Notes: generated from the letters alone by a model not told the origin. Shown: positions 46,391 to 57,932, counted from the first letter of the whole stretch. The stretch is DNA of 60,764 nucleotides, filler included, from Globobulimina sp. (GCA_003354225.1; 14 parts of 14 records of this genome joined end to end with filler, not necessarily neighbours in it), one strand, 5' to 3'. Program-made: numbers and translations.

Positions 46391-47725
46391 ATGTTCTCAC
46401 CGCTACATAAAAAGTGTACCATCAAAGGAGGAGAATCATGTGATGCGCTAAAAAAAATATTTATAACCGGCAAACTATACATTGAGAATATTAATACATC
46501 ATTGCAAGAATTTTCAATTTCTGGATTTATTAGAATTATTTGGAGGGATCAATACATTTTAAATTCGGAGCAGCGACAAAAATGTAAAAAATTTGGATCC
46601 CACAATACTGACTGGAAAACCATAAAAAATGCGGATGAATATATTGCAAAATTTAATAAACCATTGAAAACAAACAAGTTTTACCTCCCAATCCCATTAC
46701 AATGGTGGACATTGGAAACAACCTTCACTTTGACAAACAACATAGAATCGCTATTCTGCCACGATAATCACGAATGTCCCTCAGAGATATACGAGCTGCA
46801 TTTTTCCGAAATAGACGAACACGAATGTTTATATTGGCAGAATTTGCACATTAAAGCTACATTTCAGGAGTTTTTCGAAATGGACCAATTTCCTTTCGAT
46901 AAACAGTTTTTAAATATCAATTTCAGATATTACACAAAGAAGTTTATTGTTGTGGATGGCATCGAAGAGTTAGGTTTGAAGGATGTGGCTTGGTACAAAG
47001 AAGACGGAGGCAACACTTTATCCGTACCCTTTCAATGCAAGTTATGTGACAATGTGTGGACGTCGGAATGGAATGTATTAACACCGTATATTGATTTTAA
47101 TGGGAAAAAGAATTATTCAACAAGTTGTCGTTCGAAATATTTATCTATAAAATTGAGAGTGGAGAGGAAAGCAACGCATTATTTGTTATATTCATTGTTT
47201 CCAATATTTATTATAACAACGTGTTCCTTTGCCATTTATTGGTTAAATGTGGAGGGTGATATTTGCGAAGAATATGCTAACAAGTTATCGTATATTTTAA
47301 CTTTGTTGTTAACTATCACAGCAACGCAGTTATCTGCTTCTGGAGATTTACCAAATTTAGCAACCAGGACAATCATTGATAAGTATATTTGCTGTTGCTA
47401 TGTGTTGTTATTTTTATTTATTTGCCCATTTACTATTTTCCCCAAAGCATTGCATCAGGCTGGGATTGACAATGAGGATTTGAAGAATTTATTTGAAACC
47501 ATATGCATTGGAATATTTGCAATATTTTGGAGTGGAGCGTCCTTTTTATGTTTAGGAGGTATTAAATGGATTTCGTATTTTACTGAATCATGGAATCAAC
47601 GTTTACAGCGAGAAAATAAATGTTGGAATAAAGATGATGTCGCAAAGCAATGGAAACAGGTCGATGCTCAATACATATCGACCAATCATAAATGTATTGA
47701 GGAATATGGTTGGCCCGAAACATAA
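46391..47725 (+). CDS. Cys-less pentameric ligand-gated ion channel subunit
   Basis: Pro-loop FPFDKQ; pre-M1 VERK..HY...LFP; M2 LSYILTLLLTITA; M2-M3 LP....T.IDKY; 4 TM segments. Confidence 0.85.
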   Translation: MFSPLHKKCTIKGGESCDALKKIFITGKLYIENINTSLQEFSISGFIRIIWRDQYILNSEQRQKCKKFGSHNTDWKTIKNADEYIAKFNKPLKTNKFYLPIPLQWWTLETTFTLTNNIESLFCHDNHECPSEIYELHFSEIDEHECLYWQNLHIKATFQEFFEMDQFPFDKQFLNINFRYYTKKFIVVDGIEELGLKDVAWYKEDGGNTLSVPFQCKLCDNVWTSEWNVLTPYIDFNGKKNYSTSCRSKYLSIKLRVERKATHYLLYSLFPIFIITTCSFAIYWLNVEGDICEEYANKLSYILTLLLTITATQLSASGDLPNLATRTIIDKYICCCYVLLFLFICPFTIFPKALHQAGIDNEDLKNLFETICIGIFAIFWSGASFLCLGGIKWISYFTESWNQRLQRENKCWNKDDVAKQWKQVDAQYISTNHKCIEEYGWPET

Positions 47726-47837
47726 AGTTTATTAACANNNNNNNNNNNNNNNNNNNNNNNNNNNNNNNNNNNNNNNNNNNNTTAATTAATTAANNNNNNN
47801 NNNNNNNNNNNNNNNNNNNNNNNNNNNNNNNNNNNNN

Positions 47838-49191
47838 ATTATCTTTGTTGTTATCAATGTTATCCGTATTATTATTAAAAAATATGCATAATTCGTTTAT
47901 TTTTGCGTCCAAATCTAAAACTGTTTGATTTTCATCGTGTTCATCATTGGTAAGTTGGTTCCATTCCAATCGGATTTTTTGTATAATTTGAAATGCTAAA
48001 TTATTTTCGAACTGTTTCATATTATCATATAACTTTTGAATTAGTTCATTATATAATTGATATTTATCATTTTTATGTTTCAAATCATTTATTTCATTTA
48101 GATTTTTATTATTTTTATTTTCGAAATTATTGATTTCATTTTGATATTTTTTAATAGATTCACTTTGTTTTTGTTGCAAATCTGTATATTGTTTTAATTG
48201 ATCATTTAATTTTTTACATTTATTTTCAATGCGTTCATTTAATTGTTTCTCTCTCATTAAATCATTATTTTTAGCATCCATCAACATTGCATACTGAATT
48301 TCAATTCTTTCCCTTTCATTAATTTTCGCATTTTCTATGATATCGTCTTGTTTTGATAATATGTTTTTATATTTTCGCATTTCCTGTTTTAAATTTTTTA
48401 TTTCAATTTGAGAATTATTTAATTGCACTTTGTATTCATTATTATTCGATCTTTTATTATTTGATTTTATTTTCAATTCTTTTTTAAGTTTTTTTATTTT
48501 GTTCCGAAGAGAACCATGTATGGATTGTTCGTGTCTTAGTTGCATTAATAATTCTTGCTGTTTGTTATCGTGATGAAAACGTTTGTTTTTCTTTTTTTGC
48601 GTTTTATTATCAGTATTTTGCAAAGCAACGGTTATTAATGCTTTTATCTCTTTTGACCGTTTTAAATTTCGCTTTTCTAATAATTTAATTTGTGCTTTTA
48701 ATTTGGTTGTCTGCTTTTTATATGTATTTATTTCTGATCTTAACTCATAACTTTCTTGGCGAAAATCTTCCAATCCTTTAATCTCTGTGCTATCAAACCA
48801 TTGATTTGGATTATATCTACATTTCCTTCGGCTTTTTTTTTTATTATTCTGACAGTGCGCTTTTTTTATTTCTTCAAATCGTTCTATATTTTTATTTATA
48901 TTTATGGATTATATATTGATATGCATATAATTAATAAATAGTAACTTAACTCAGTGCATTTCTCAAAGATTTGCTGTTCGATGATATTGCAGATTGCGGC
49001 CTGGTTCGTACTTTTGGTTTGGTTGTTTTTGAGACTTTTTTTTTATTTGTTATTACTTTTGATGGAGTAAATGTATGTAATATTTCTCGATCATTAATAA
49101 TTTCAAATTCTGGGGAATGATCAGCAATGACTGGCTCTGATGCGTTATCATCTGATAATAAGTCCGTTATATCGATATCCGAATCGCTCAT
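47838..49191 (-). CDS. Coiled-coil protein, 3' truncated
   Basis: Intron 48884-48950 joins ORF 48946..49191 in frame to the coiled-coil ORF. Confidence 0.65.
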
Positions 49192-49490
49192 ATTGTCTTC
49201 AAAACTTTAAAGAATCAATTGTCAACATATAAACTCATGATTTGCAATATAAATGATGTAATTTTAAACATATGAGTCCTGATATCGAGGACATTGGCAT
49301 TCGGGTTAAGGCCGGATACCTAAGGAGGTCTTTATTGCGCAAATTCAGAAAACCCCTTAACTTAAGTAAATTTTTTTAAAGTTTAAATGTAATTACACAG
49401 TGCATAGGTAAAAAAAAAAAGAAATTAAATGTTGTTTACAACAATGAGCGTAATCCGATGCATAATATTATAATTACTAGTATTATTATA

Positions 49491-51812
49491 CTAATATTCT
49501 TGAGACATTGACAATTGCGTCCCTGATGAACCCAATTCGTCCACATCCATACCATCCTCGTCATCAACACCATTCATATTTTCCTCAATAATATCTTTGT
49601 CATTACATTCTTCTTCGAATTCTCTCTTTCCATCAGCAATATTTTCTTTTTCTTCGTTTTTATCCATATCCACATCAACATCCGCATCTACATCCGCATC
49701 AACACCCACATCCACGTCAACATTTTCTTTTTCTTCAGTTTTATCATTTTCATCAACATCTACAGCCGCATCTACATCCACGTCAACATCCACATCCATT
49801 TCTTCATTTTCTTGTTTTTTATCAGCAATTTCAATCCCGACCGCCTCGCCCTCCTCCTCCTCTACATCGACATTATCCATACTAACATTCGTTTTATCCG
49901 CTTCCTCTTTCTCTGACTCTGATAACTTATCGTCATTTTCAACAGCTTCATTCTCATTTTTCTGTTCCACAGTTTTATCATTTAAGTCCTCGTTAACTTT
50001 ATTATTATCATCATTCTTATTCTCATTATCGTTTCTTATCTCATTATCTCCATCAACAACTTCTCCACTTTCAGTGATAACAATATCTTCATTTTTATCC
50101 ATATTCTCACCAACTACCTCTTCATCTTCATCTTGATTATTATTTTTATTTTGTTTATCATCATCACACTCCTTTTTATCCCTTATCTCTTTCTCTTTAC
50201 TTTCTTCAATTGCAACATTTGCCGCATTTACCTCTTCATCTTCATCATTGTTAATATTCTCACCAACTACTTCTACCTCTTCATGTTCATTATTATTATT
50301 ATTTTTATCCGCCTCTTTATTTTGTTTATCATTATCAATATCCCCATCATTATCACGCTCCGTTTTATCCCCTATCTCTTTCTCTTTATTTTCTTCAACT
50401 GCGACATTTCCCGCATTTGCCTCCTCATCGTTTTGTTTATTTTCATTATCAATATGAATTTCCATATCATTAACCTCATTTTGTTTATCTTCACCATCAC
50501 ACTCTATCTTTTTATCGTCAATACTCTCCTTTTCATTTGCATTTGCATCTACATTTTCATTTTCTTTATTTTCTTTCGCATCAACATTTATATCATCATC
50601 CTCATCAACGTCCATTTCTTGTTTATCCTCTTTATTCTCTTCATTATCTGCTTCAATTTGTGTTTGTGTTTGTGAGTCTTCATTATTTATATTATTATCA
50701 CTGTCTTCAGGCGCCTGCGAAAATGGAATGATATCTTTAACCTGAACCACAAAGTACGAATCACTGCGCTTCATCTCTGGTTTATCATTCTCCTCTTTCT
50801 CTTTCTCTTCCTCTTCTTCTTCCTCCTCTTCTTCCTCCTGTTTTTGCTCTGTATCGCCATGATCTCTCCTCATACGGATACGTGGCTCATCCTTCTCTTT
50901 ATCCACAGCCACAGCCACAACATCCATTTCTTCAGTCACACCATCCTCAGCACACACATCCACACTCACATTACTCTGCTTATTCTCCTCTATCTGCCCT
51001 CCCTCCACATCTAGATCTATATCCATCTCTTTATTCTCTTCGGTTCCGTTCGTTGTTATTTCTTTTTCCACAGTTTCCTTTTCCTCAATACCCCCTCCAT
51101 CCATACTCCCTTTATCCACTCCACTCACTTCATCCACAATTACTTCCTTCTCCACACTTTCATTCACCACATTATCATCATTCTCACCTTCATCCTTATC
51201 ATCCACATCCATCACATCCTGCACTTCCTCCTTACTCTTGCTCTCGCTCTCCACAATCACACCAACCTCAACCTCAACCTCCTTCTCCTCCTTCCCACCG
51301 CCACCAACATCAACCACACCAACACCAACATCAACGTCAACCACACCATCCTCACCAGATCCAGGCGACGGCATTCTCCCCACACTGCCAACAACAGCAA
51401 CATCGACCTTTGGCGAACACGACACATCAAATGCCGGCATCTCATCATTATCCACATCAAACTCCAAGTTCCCCGGCCTCTTCCTCTTCCTCCTCCGCCT
51501 AAACACGCCTTTCCTCCGCGACGACGACAACACGCCCATCTCCGCCTTCTTCCCCTTCACAAAATCGCCCCTCCGCTTCAACACATTCTCCTCCGCATTC
51601 ACCATCGCCTTCTTACTATTCACCGTCGTCCGCTGCGGCGTCTTCCTCTTAATCCGCGCATAAACAGCGGCAAAGCCCTCGGCCACCCTCTTCCTGCCAC
51701 CGCTTTTATTCCTGTTCCTCGATCTGCTCCGACTGCGGCTACTGCTGCCACTGCTGCTGCTACGCGACCGCGATGACGACCCACTGCCGCTATCACTGCG
51801 GTTCCGCAACAT
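49491..51812 (-). CDS. Low-complexity protein with RS/basic N-terminus and long acidic D/E/N/V-rich region
   Basis: 773-aa open frame with recurring MDVD and VD repeats and NLS-like RRRRKRKRP. Confidence 0.6.
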   Translation of the reverse strand: MLRNRSDSGSGSSSRSRSSSSGSSSRSRSRSRNRNKSGGRKRVAEGFAAVYARIKRKTPQRTTVNSKKAMVNAEENVLKRRGDFVKGKKAEMGVLSSSRRKGVFRRRRKRKRPGNLEFDVDNDEMPAFDVSCSPKVDVAVVGSVGRMPSPGSGEDGVVDVDVGVGVVDVGGGGKEEKEVEVEVGVIVESESKSKEEVQDVMDVDDKDEGENDDNVVNESVEKEVIVDEVSGVDKGSMDGGGIEEKETVEKEITTNGTEENKEMDIDLDVEGGQIEENKQSNVSVDVCAEDGVTEEMDVVAVAVDKEKDEPRIRMRRDHGDTEQKQEEEEEEEEEEEKEKEENDKPEMKRSDSYFVVQVKDIIPFSQAPEDSDNNINNEDSQTQTQIEADNEENKEDKQEMDVDEDDDINVDAKENKENENVDANANEKESIDDKKIECDGEDKQNEVNDMEIHIDNENKQNDEEANAGNVAVEENKEKEIGDKTERDNDGDIDNDKQNKEADKNNNNNEHEEVEVVGENINNDEDEEVNAANVAIEESKEKEIRDKKECDDDKQNKNNNQDEDEEVVGENMDKNEDIVITESGEVVDGDNEIRNDNENKNDDNNKVNEDLNDKTVEQKNENEAVENDDKLSESEKEEADKTNVSMDNVDVEEEEGEAVGIEIADKKQENEEMDVDVDVDVDAAVDVDENDKTEEKENVDVDVGVDADVDADVDVDMDKNEEKENIADGKREFEEECNDKDIIEENMNGVDDEDGMDVDELGSSGTQLSMSQEY

Positions 51813-51833
51813 TTAATCACTGTAAAGTTTCAC

Positions 51834-52081
51834 ATGGTTCCCCAAATTGATGAGGAGTGGAAGGAATATCACAAAGACACAAGAAAAAATGCATATCAAC
51901 ACAACCCCAATGTGAACAATTGTCCATTGATGAAACATGATGATACCAAAGAGGCATCATGTCCTATATTTGATAAATTAAAGAAATATCAATTTTCACA
52001 ACAAGCTTTAGAACATATGCAAACTTACAATCATCATACATTAGGTGGCACTGTGTGTAGATATGGCGATCAATGTAAAAC
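51834..52081 (+). CDS. Cys/His-rich protein fragment
   Basis: CP...CPIF...HM..Y.H...CRYGDQCK; runs off the contig. Confidence 0.35.
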
Positions 52082-52181
52082 NNNNNNNNNNNNNNNNNNN
52101 NNNNNNNNNNNNNNNNNNNNNNNNNTTAATTAATTAANNNNNNNNNNNNNNNNNNNNNNNNNNNNNNNNNNNNNNNNNNNN

Positions 52182-53000
52182 CATTAATAATTTCCTTTTT
52201 TTGACTTTGTTTCCTTCGATGCTAATATCCAGATTTTCAATCTGTTTATCAATCCGTGCGTTGTGTTTAAAATTCAAATTGATTCTTTCGTAATGGATTC
52301 CATTGCGAATTAAAGTCACCACTTTGCCAAAGCCCTTTTCCTTGTTTATGACTGTCGTATAATTTTTAATTTTCACTGTCCAATCACTCTCATTGTCATC
52401 GTAAAATTTATACGATTCCTGCAATAGAAATATATCTGGTTTCTTTGTCAAGATCATATGATGAATATGTGAGCGAGCATTGGCTGTAAAGCCATCGACA
52501 TTCCACTGACATATTAATAGTCCTTCTTTGCGTTGTAATAACGATTCATTTTTTAACTCATAATCGCACCGTATTTCGCTTAAAAGTGGGTCAACGCGGT
52601 GACTCATAATTACGTCATTATTAATGTTCGAATTTGCGGCACGATCATTACCGTCCAAATGCGCGTGACCTGGATTAGTGCTACAATGGTCCGGGTGATT
52701 TAAATCGCGGTCTGGGGCGTTGTTCGAGCGTGCAACCGATAAATGCGTGGTTCGAATGTGCGAAATATTCATACTTACTTTTACATCATCGCAAATAGAA
52801 TCAATTCCATTTACGTATTGGCTCTCTGAATAATAATTTCGTTTCTCATCAATTTCTGTACAGTCGGGAGTTACATTAATATCCAACAAAGGATATTTCT
52901 CGTAATGCTGCTTCTCATTTAAAACAATACCATCATCGCAAGAGAAGTCATTGCGATGACTACTTAAATGACTGTGTGTTTGCTTGGGGCCATCCATCAT
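52182..53000 (-). CDS. LINE ORF2, N-terminal part (AP endonuclease)
   Basis: ICQWNVDG, KPDIFLLQES, G.GKVVTLIRNGI. Confidence 0.8.
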
Positions 53001-54613
53001 AAGTTATAGTTGTTTGTGGATGGCAGTCCATTGTTGTTAGGTTTGAATTGCTCAATTCCTGTTAATTTTAGTTCGCCGTTCTTCAGTCGGCCAACACAGC
53101 CATTTCCGACTAATTTGTTTACGATTTTTTCATTCCAATTGCAGTACATCAGCATACTACGAGCCTCATCATACGTGATTTTCGCACTCGTTTGCTCTTT
53201 AATATTGATTATAAATCGACTGATTTGCGCATTCTGTTGACTTTTCTCAAAAATCTGAGGGTCAAACACATTTTTATTATGATTCTCATTCACATCGTAC
53301 GTTTGTGACATATCCGCGTTTGTGTTGCCAGCGGTTTTGTTTTCGTCATCTTCTAATTCCGCACTTTTTCCATCCGATTCGCGATTTGTTTGGATGTTTA
53401 CCATATTTGTATCAAAATCAGTTTGCTCACTTTGAGATGTTACGAGATTTAATTCTAACATCAAATCATCGATAATATTCTGTTTATATTCATTTATTGT
53501 TCCATCCCACTCTGCAACGATGGCGGTCCAATCCGTGAGTAATACCTCGCCATTTTCATTCCTTTTGTATCGATTTTTTAATTCATTCAATATCTCTTCA
53601 CGAAAATCCTGCGAATTGATGTCCCAAATTAGCAGCTTCTTCGTGCCAACCTCCAATTTCTGCGCATTGAAAGTTCGTAATTTCCTCTCATTCGTCCAAG
53701 GATCACGTTTCTTTCTCGGTGAGTTTGGTGCGAATGCTGTCCAATACACTCGCTGTCCCGCAATGGTTCTAACATTTCTTTTAAGCCACTCCAGGTCGAT
53801 AAACCCGGACGACGTTAACAGCAGAGACTGACTAATTTTCTTCGAGATATCACCAAATCTCTCGCACGTAATTTTGTAGCCGTTATAATTCGTGGTGACG
53901 GCTTGTAATATTTCTCGTGCCGTTATATCATCTTCGTAGGCCCTGCTATCATTGAATTTTGTTGAAATGAAAGCATTGTTACACACAAACTTCGATAGTT
54001 TGGGGGCGTCATATCTTCTTCGACTAATATTGATATTAAACTCGGCTCCGAGCGTTTTTGTAAAGGCATAGTCTCTTTGACTCCTATACCTTTGTAATTG
54101 GTTAAAGATCTGCCTTACTAAAACCACAAACTCTTCAACACAATGAATAGATGAGTCAATAATATCATATCCATCGTTGTCCCACGAAAACGTTAATTCC
54201 GCGAATTTGTCCCCACAATTTCTCCTTCTTCCTTGCCCTCTGCACCATGCTTTTAATCGTCGCCAAAGAGGAAATATATTTGCAAATATCTTGTCATATT
54301 TGGCCGGGTCATGTAAATAATGCCCTTTATCCTTTTGCTGGTTCATAAAATATAGAGTTATGCCAATGCGCCCTCCTACAATGCGATAATGCATTCTTTC
54401 ATAGAATGGAACATTAAACGCAAAATCATCAAATATCTCATCCAATTTTCTATGCTCATTCATTGATTTTTTTCTGTTATACATCCGCGTTTCTTCCAAT
54501 CGTGTGATATTATTTTGTGATGGCGCTGCATTTCTATCGTTCTTATTCTGCCTAAAATTCCTCAGGCCGCTAATACCGGTATTATTATTCGTGGCATTTG
54601 CGTACGTTGACAT
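52997..54613 (-). CDS. LINE ORF1-like protein
   Basis: 538-aa intronless ORF directly upstream of and overlapping the APE ORF; N-terminal TYANA; no CCHC knuckle. Confidence 0.65.
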   Translation of the reverse strand: MSTYANATNNNTGISGLRNFRQNKNDRNAAPSQNNITRLEETRMYNRKKSMNEHRKLDEIFDDFAFNVPFYERMHYRIVGGRIGITLYFMNQQKDKGHYLHDPAKYDKIFANIFPLWRRLKAWCRGQGRRRNCGDKFAELTFSWDNDGYDIIDSSIHCVEEFVVLVRQIFNQLQRYRSQRDYAFTKTLGAEFNINISRRRYDAPKLSKFVCNNAFISTKFNDSRAYEDDITAREILQAVTTNYNGYKITCERFGDISKKISQSLLLTSSGFIDLEWLKRNVRTIAGQRVYWTAFAPNSPRKKRDPWTNERKLRTFNAQKLEVGTKKLLIWDINSQDFREEILNELKNRYKRNENGEVLLTDWTAIVAEWDGTINEYKQNIIDDLMLELNLVTSQSEQTDFDTNMVNIQTNRESDGKSAELEDDENKTAGNTNADMSQTYDVNENHNKNVFDPQIFEKSQQNAQISRFIINIKEQTSAKITYDEARSMLMYCNWNEKIVNKLVGNGCVGRLKNGELKLTGIEQFKPNNNGLPSTNNYNL

Positions 54614-54802
54614 ATTTTGGTGTTGTCGACTATTGAGATTATATATGACTATACGTCTGCTAACTTGTGATGGATATGCTTGCAATTTGAATTTGCAGAC
54701 AGTTCACTGGTGAACCCTTGTTATCAGATTGAGTATAAACTCCTAACACTAAGTGAAGACTATATGCGTTATTTGTGAATTCAGATAATCAGCAAGTTGC
54801 CA

Positions 54803-54834
<32 letters not shown>
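54803..54834 (+). repeat. (TTAG)8 perfect tandem repeat
   Basis: Read directly; sits exactly between the LINE leader and the sulfatase reading frame. Confidence 0.97.
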
Positions 54835-54835
<1 letters not shown>

Positions 54836-56080
54836 ATAAATGACAATGTTAGTATTTACAATGAACGATTATTTACAAATAAAATATTACAATTTATTGA
54901 CGAGAATAATGATAAACCATTTTTTGCATATTACAGCATGCCGACACCACATTGGAATGTAACAGATCCTCCAATAAAAAGTGACTTATGCGCAGAAATC
55001 ACACATCCAAATCGATCAATGTTTTGTAATATGTTACAATATGCAGATTCACTCATTGCTGAAATAATTGATGCATTGAAACAATATGAAATTTATAATG
55101 ATACAGTAATTATATTTGCATCGGATAATGGACCAGAAAGTTTTTATGCAAATCGTTATGGATTTTCACAAACATTGCCTTTGCGAGGAAAGAAGTATAC
55201 TTCTTTGGAAGGTGGGGTTAGAACTGCTTCTTTTATCTCAGGTGGATATATTGAGAATTTATTGCAAAATATGACAAGTTGCAGTTATAATGGATTGGTG
55301 TATATTGCGGATTGGTTTTCAATCATCTTTGAAATGATTAATATTGACATTGAAGATCAAGTAAAAAATGAATTGGATTCCATTCATGGTTTATGGCATA
55401 ATATATTGCATCAATGTGGAATGGATGTTGATGTGGATGAAGCTCAAATTAATGAAAGAAATGAAGTGATTCAAATGAATAAATGTGTTGAAGACGATTT
55501 TTTTGCATCTTCATATATTCGACAGAATGAATGGAAATTAATTGTAAATGCGTCACAAATATTGCATCCAATTAATAAATGTGATACGACAAAACAAACA
55601 TTGCCAAATGGTTATATGTATTTTAATGCTTCTTTTGCTGTAATTCCTGATGAAAATAGTTATTTTTCAAATGAATTTAAGAATGAATTATTTTATTCTC
55701 AATGTTATGAAAATATGAGTGGTGAAGAAAGAAGAAATGAAACATTATTCCAAGTGGATGATATTATGTTATTTAATATTGACATGGACAGAATTGAAGC
55801 GTGTAATGTAGCCCCTTTATATCCTGACATTGTGGAATCGTTATTATTACGTTTAAAAGAAGAAAGTGAAAAATATGTGCCAACTGCATCCAATATAAAT
55901 GTTGATCCTTTTGCAGTCTTTATTCAATCTCAAACATTTCAATGTGAATATGACAAAACATTTATAGTCCCAATTGATTATGAAAATGATTATCTCGACA
56001 ATGGGAATAATACTGATTTTAGCTATATTTGGACAAAATTGATTCAACATAAGCAAGAATGTGTACGTGGTGGATTTTAA
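54836..56080 (+). CDS. Arylsulfatase B-like sulfatase, N-terminal part missing
   Basis: Frame open from 54836: YNERLFTNKILQFI, KPFFAYYSMPTPH, TVIIFASDNG, PLRGKKYTSLEGGVR, IADWF, WKLI, LFNI..D.IE. The CxPxR region is absent. Confidence 0.85.
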   Translation: MNDNVSIYNERLFTNKILQFIDENNDKPFFAYYSMPTPHWNVTDPPIKSDLCAEITHPNRSMFCNMLQYADSLIAEIIDALKQYEIYNDTVIIFASDNGPESFYANRYGFSQTLPLRGKKYTSLEGGVRTASFISGGYIENLLQNMTSCSYNGLVYIADWFSIIFEMINIDIEDQVKNELDSIHGLWHNILHQCGMDVDVDEAQINERNEVIQMNKCVEDDFFASSYIRQNEWKLIVNASQILHPINKCDTTKQTLPNGYMYFNASFAVIPDENSYFSNEFKNELFYSQCYENMSGEERRNETLFQVDDIMLFNIDMDRIEACNVAPLYPDIVESLLLRLKEESEKYVPTASNINVDPFAVFIQSQTFQCEYDKTFIVPIDYENDYLDNGNNTDFSYIWTKLIQHKQECVRGGF

Positions 56081-56569
56081 TTATATATATATTTCCAATA
56101 TTTTGTATAATACGCATAAAAAATGTCTTTTAATTATTAATACTATAGTTTTAAATTTGTATATATTGAATAAGCAACGTATATGTGTCCAAAATTCAGT
56201 CGGACATATAGGTATCAAAAATGCGATACACATAATACCGATCCACAAGTTGTATCTATAAAACTATAACAACAATCATCAAAAACAGCACACAAAAAAT
56301 ATTAATAATACTAGTACTATGTGAATATACTGAATAATATGATACATATAATACAAAAAACAACTATGTTGATGCATTTTCTTTTTTAGTATGATAATCT
56401 CTCAAATTGTTATTTTCAATTTGNNNNNNNNNNNNNNNNNNNNNNNNNNNNNNNNNNNNNNNNNNNNTTAATTAATTAANNNNNNNNNNNNNNNNNNNNN
56501 NNNNNNNNNNNNNNNNNNNNNNNAAAACTGAAAGGGTAACATTATAAATATAAAAAAGACAATATAATT

Positions 56570-57840
56570 TTAAGGCAGATATGTTTCTAAGTTATCTCCA
56601 TTCTTACGGTGAACCTGAAAGTGGGTAAACAGTTCATTAAAAAGAATTGAATGGTTAATTCGTATATAATTGTAAATATAGTTAATATACACATAAAGCA
56701 GACCTTTTTATGTTGAGTTAGATTTCTTTTTGCACCAAATTTCTTTAAACACATATTACATTGAAATGGTTTCTCGCCCGTATGGCTTCGGACATGGTCA
56801 CTTAAATAAACCGGACGAGAGAATTTTTTACCACAATATGGACATCCTTTGGTCGTTGATTCGTGAACATTCCAATGCCCTTTCTACATATTTTATGATC
56901 TGCAAAATAACAATGTAAACAATTAAACATATAAATAAAACACATACCAAATCGTTGAATCGTTTATAAGACCGTACGCATAAAGTACATTGATATCGAC
57001 CTATGTACAACATACAAAATATAAACATACAAAATACAAATACAAATTTCAGAAATATTTGATACCGTTGGAATTGAGGTACGATGAACGATCGATTTTC
57101 TTTCTGCCTCGTTTAGGTTTATGTGCTGGTTTAAGCACATTGTTATAATCAGGTATTATATTTGTTTGACGCATTGATTTATTCTTTGGCCATGGAGCTG
57201 GATTTAACGATTGAGGTAAAGTGGGTAGTATTGGCAAGGATGTATTTGATGCGGATGAGGAGAGCGATATTGGTGATAAATTACTGTGTATTACAGGGAT
57301 ATTATGACTCATATTCTGTGTATTGTGATTAATAATATTTTAGAGTTGGATCCGGATTCAATGAAAAAACAACATATTGTTTACATGTTCTGTGTACATA
57401 CAGTTTGATTGTTGTTTATCAATTTATTATTAATATTATGTACAGGTAATAGGTTATTATTTTGGTTAACTATTTTGTATAAAACAGGAGTTTGTGTGGG
57501 TATGGATTGTAATGTATAAACATGACAAAATGGAATATTATTATTTATATTGTTGTTACTTAGATTAGTATTATTTATATAGTTTGTATTTTTTGATACA
57601 TTCATTAGCTGTATGACATCCATTAACTGTGTACATGCATTAGCTATATATTGTACAAGAAACGAAAACACAAAATTAGTATAACCTTACATGTATAACA
57701 AAATAACTTACATTGACATGTTCTGCTTGTCTAAATTGTTGATGTTGTATATTGTATTGTGGTGCTATTTGTGGTATTAATTGAATCGGAGGTTGTTGTA
57801 TTTGTTCAATGTTAATGTTTTGAAATGTGAATTTATCCAT
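56570..57840 (-). CDS. C2H2 zinc-finger transcription factor (3 fingers, multi-exon)
   Basis: Spliced translation YQCTLCVRSYKRFNDL|KGHWNVH...CPYCGKKFSRPVYLSDHVRSHTGEKPFQCNMCLKKFGAKRNLTQHKK|VH. The 5' exon boundaries are less certain. Confidence 0.8.
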
Positions 57841-57932
57841 CTCTTTTATTGACTAGTTTATTATCTTTCAACTGTAACTAAAGTTTTCTGATTTTAAGTT
57901 AGTGTCACTTCACAGAAACTAATTGTAGTATA

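Larger units (their letters stand above)
52182..54802 (-). mobile_element. APE-type non-LTR retrotransposon (LINE), 5' portion
   Basis: About 190-nt leader, ORF1, then ORF2 overlapping by ATGA and encoding an AP endonuclease. The RT lies beyond the contig end. Confidence 0.75.

Noticed and set aside
49597-51663. Plus-strand Ser-, Ile/Phe- and His/Pro-rich ORFs
   Set aside because: Antisense shadows of the low-complexity acidic gene.
54803-54834. True chromosome telomere
   Set aside because: It is internal to the contig and only 32 nt; kept as a LINE junction finding instead.
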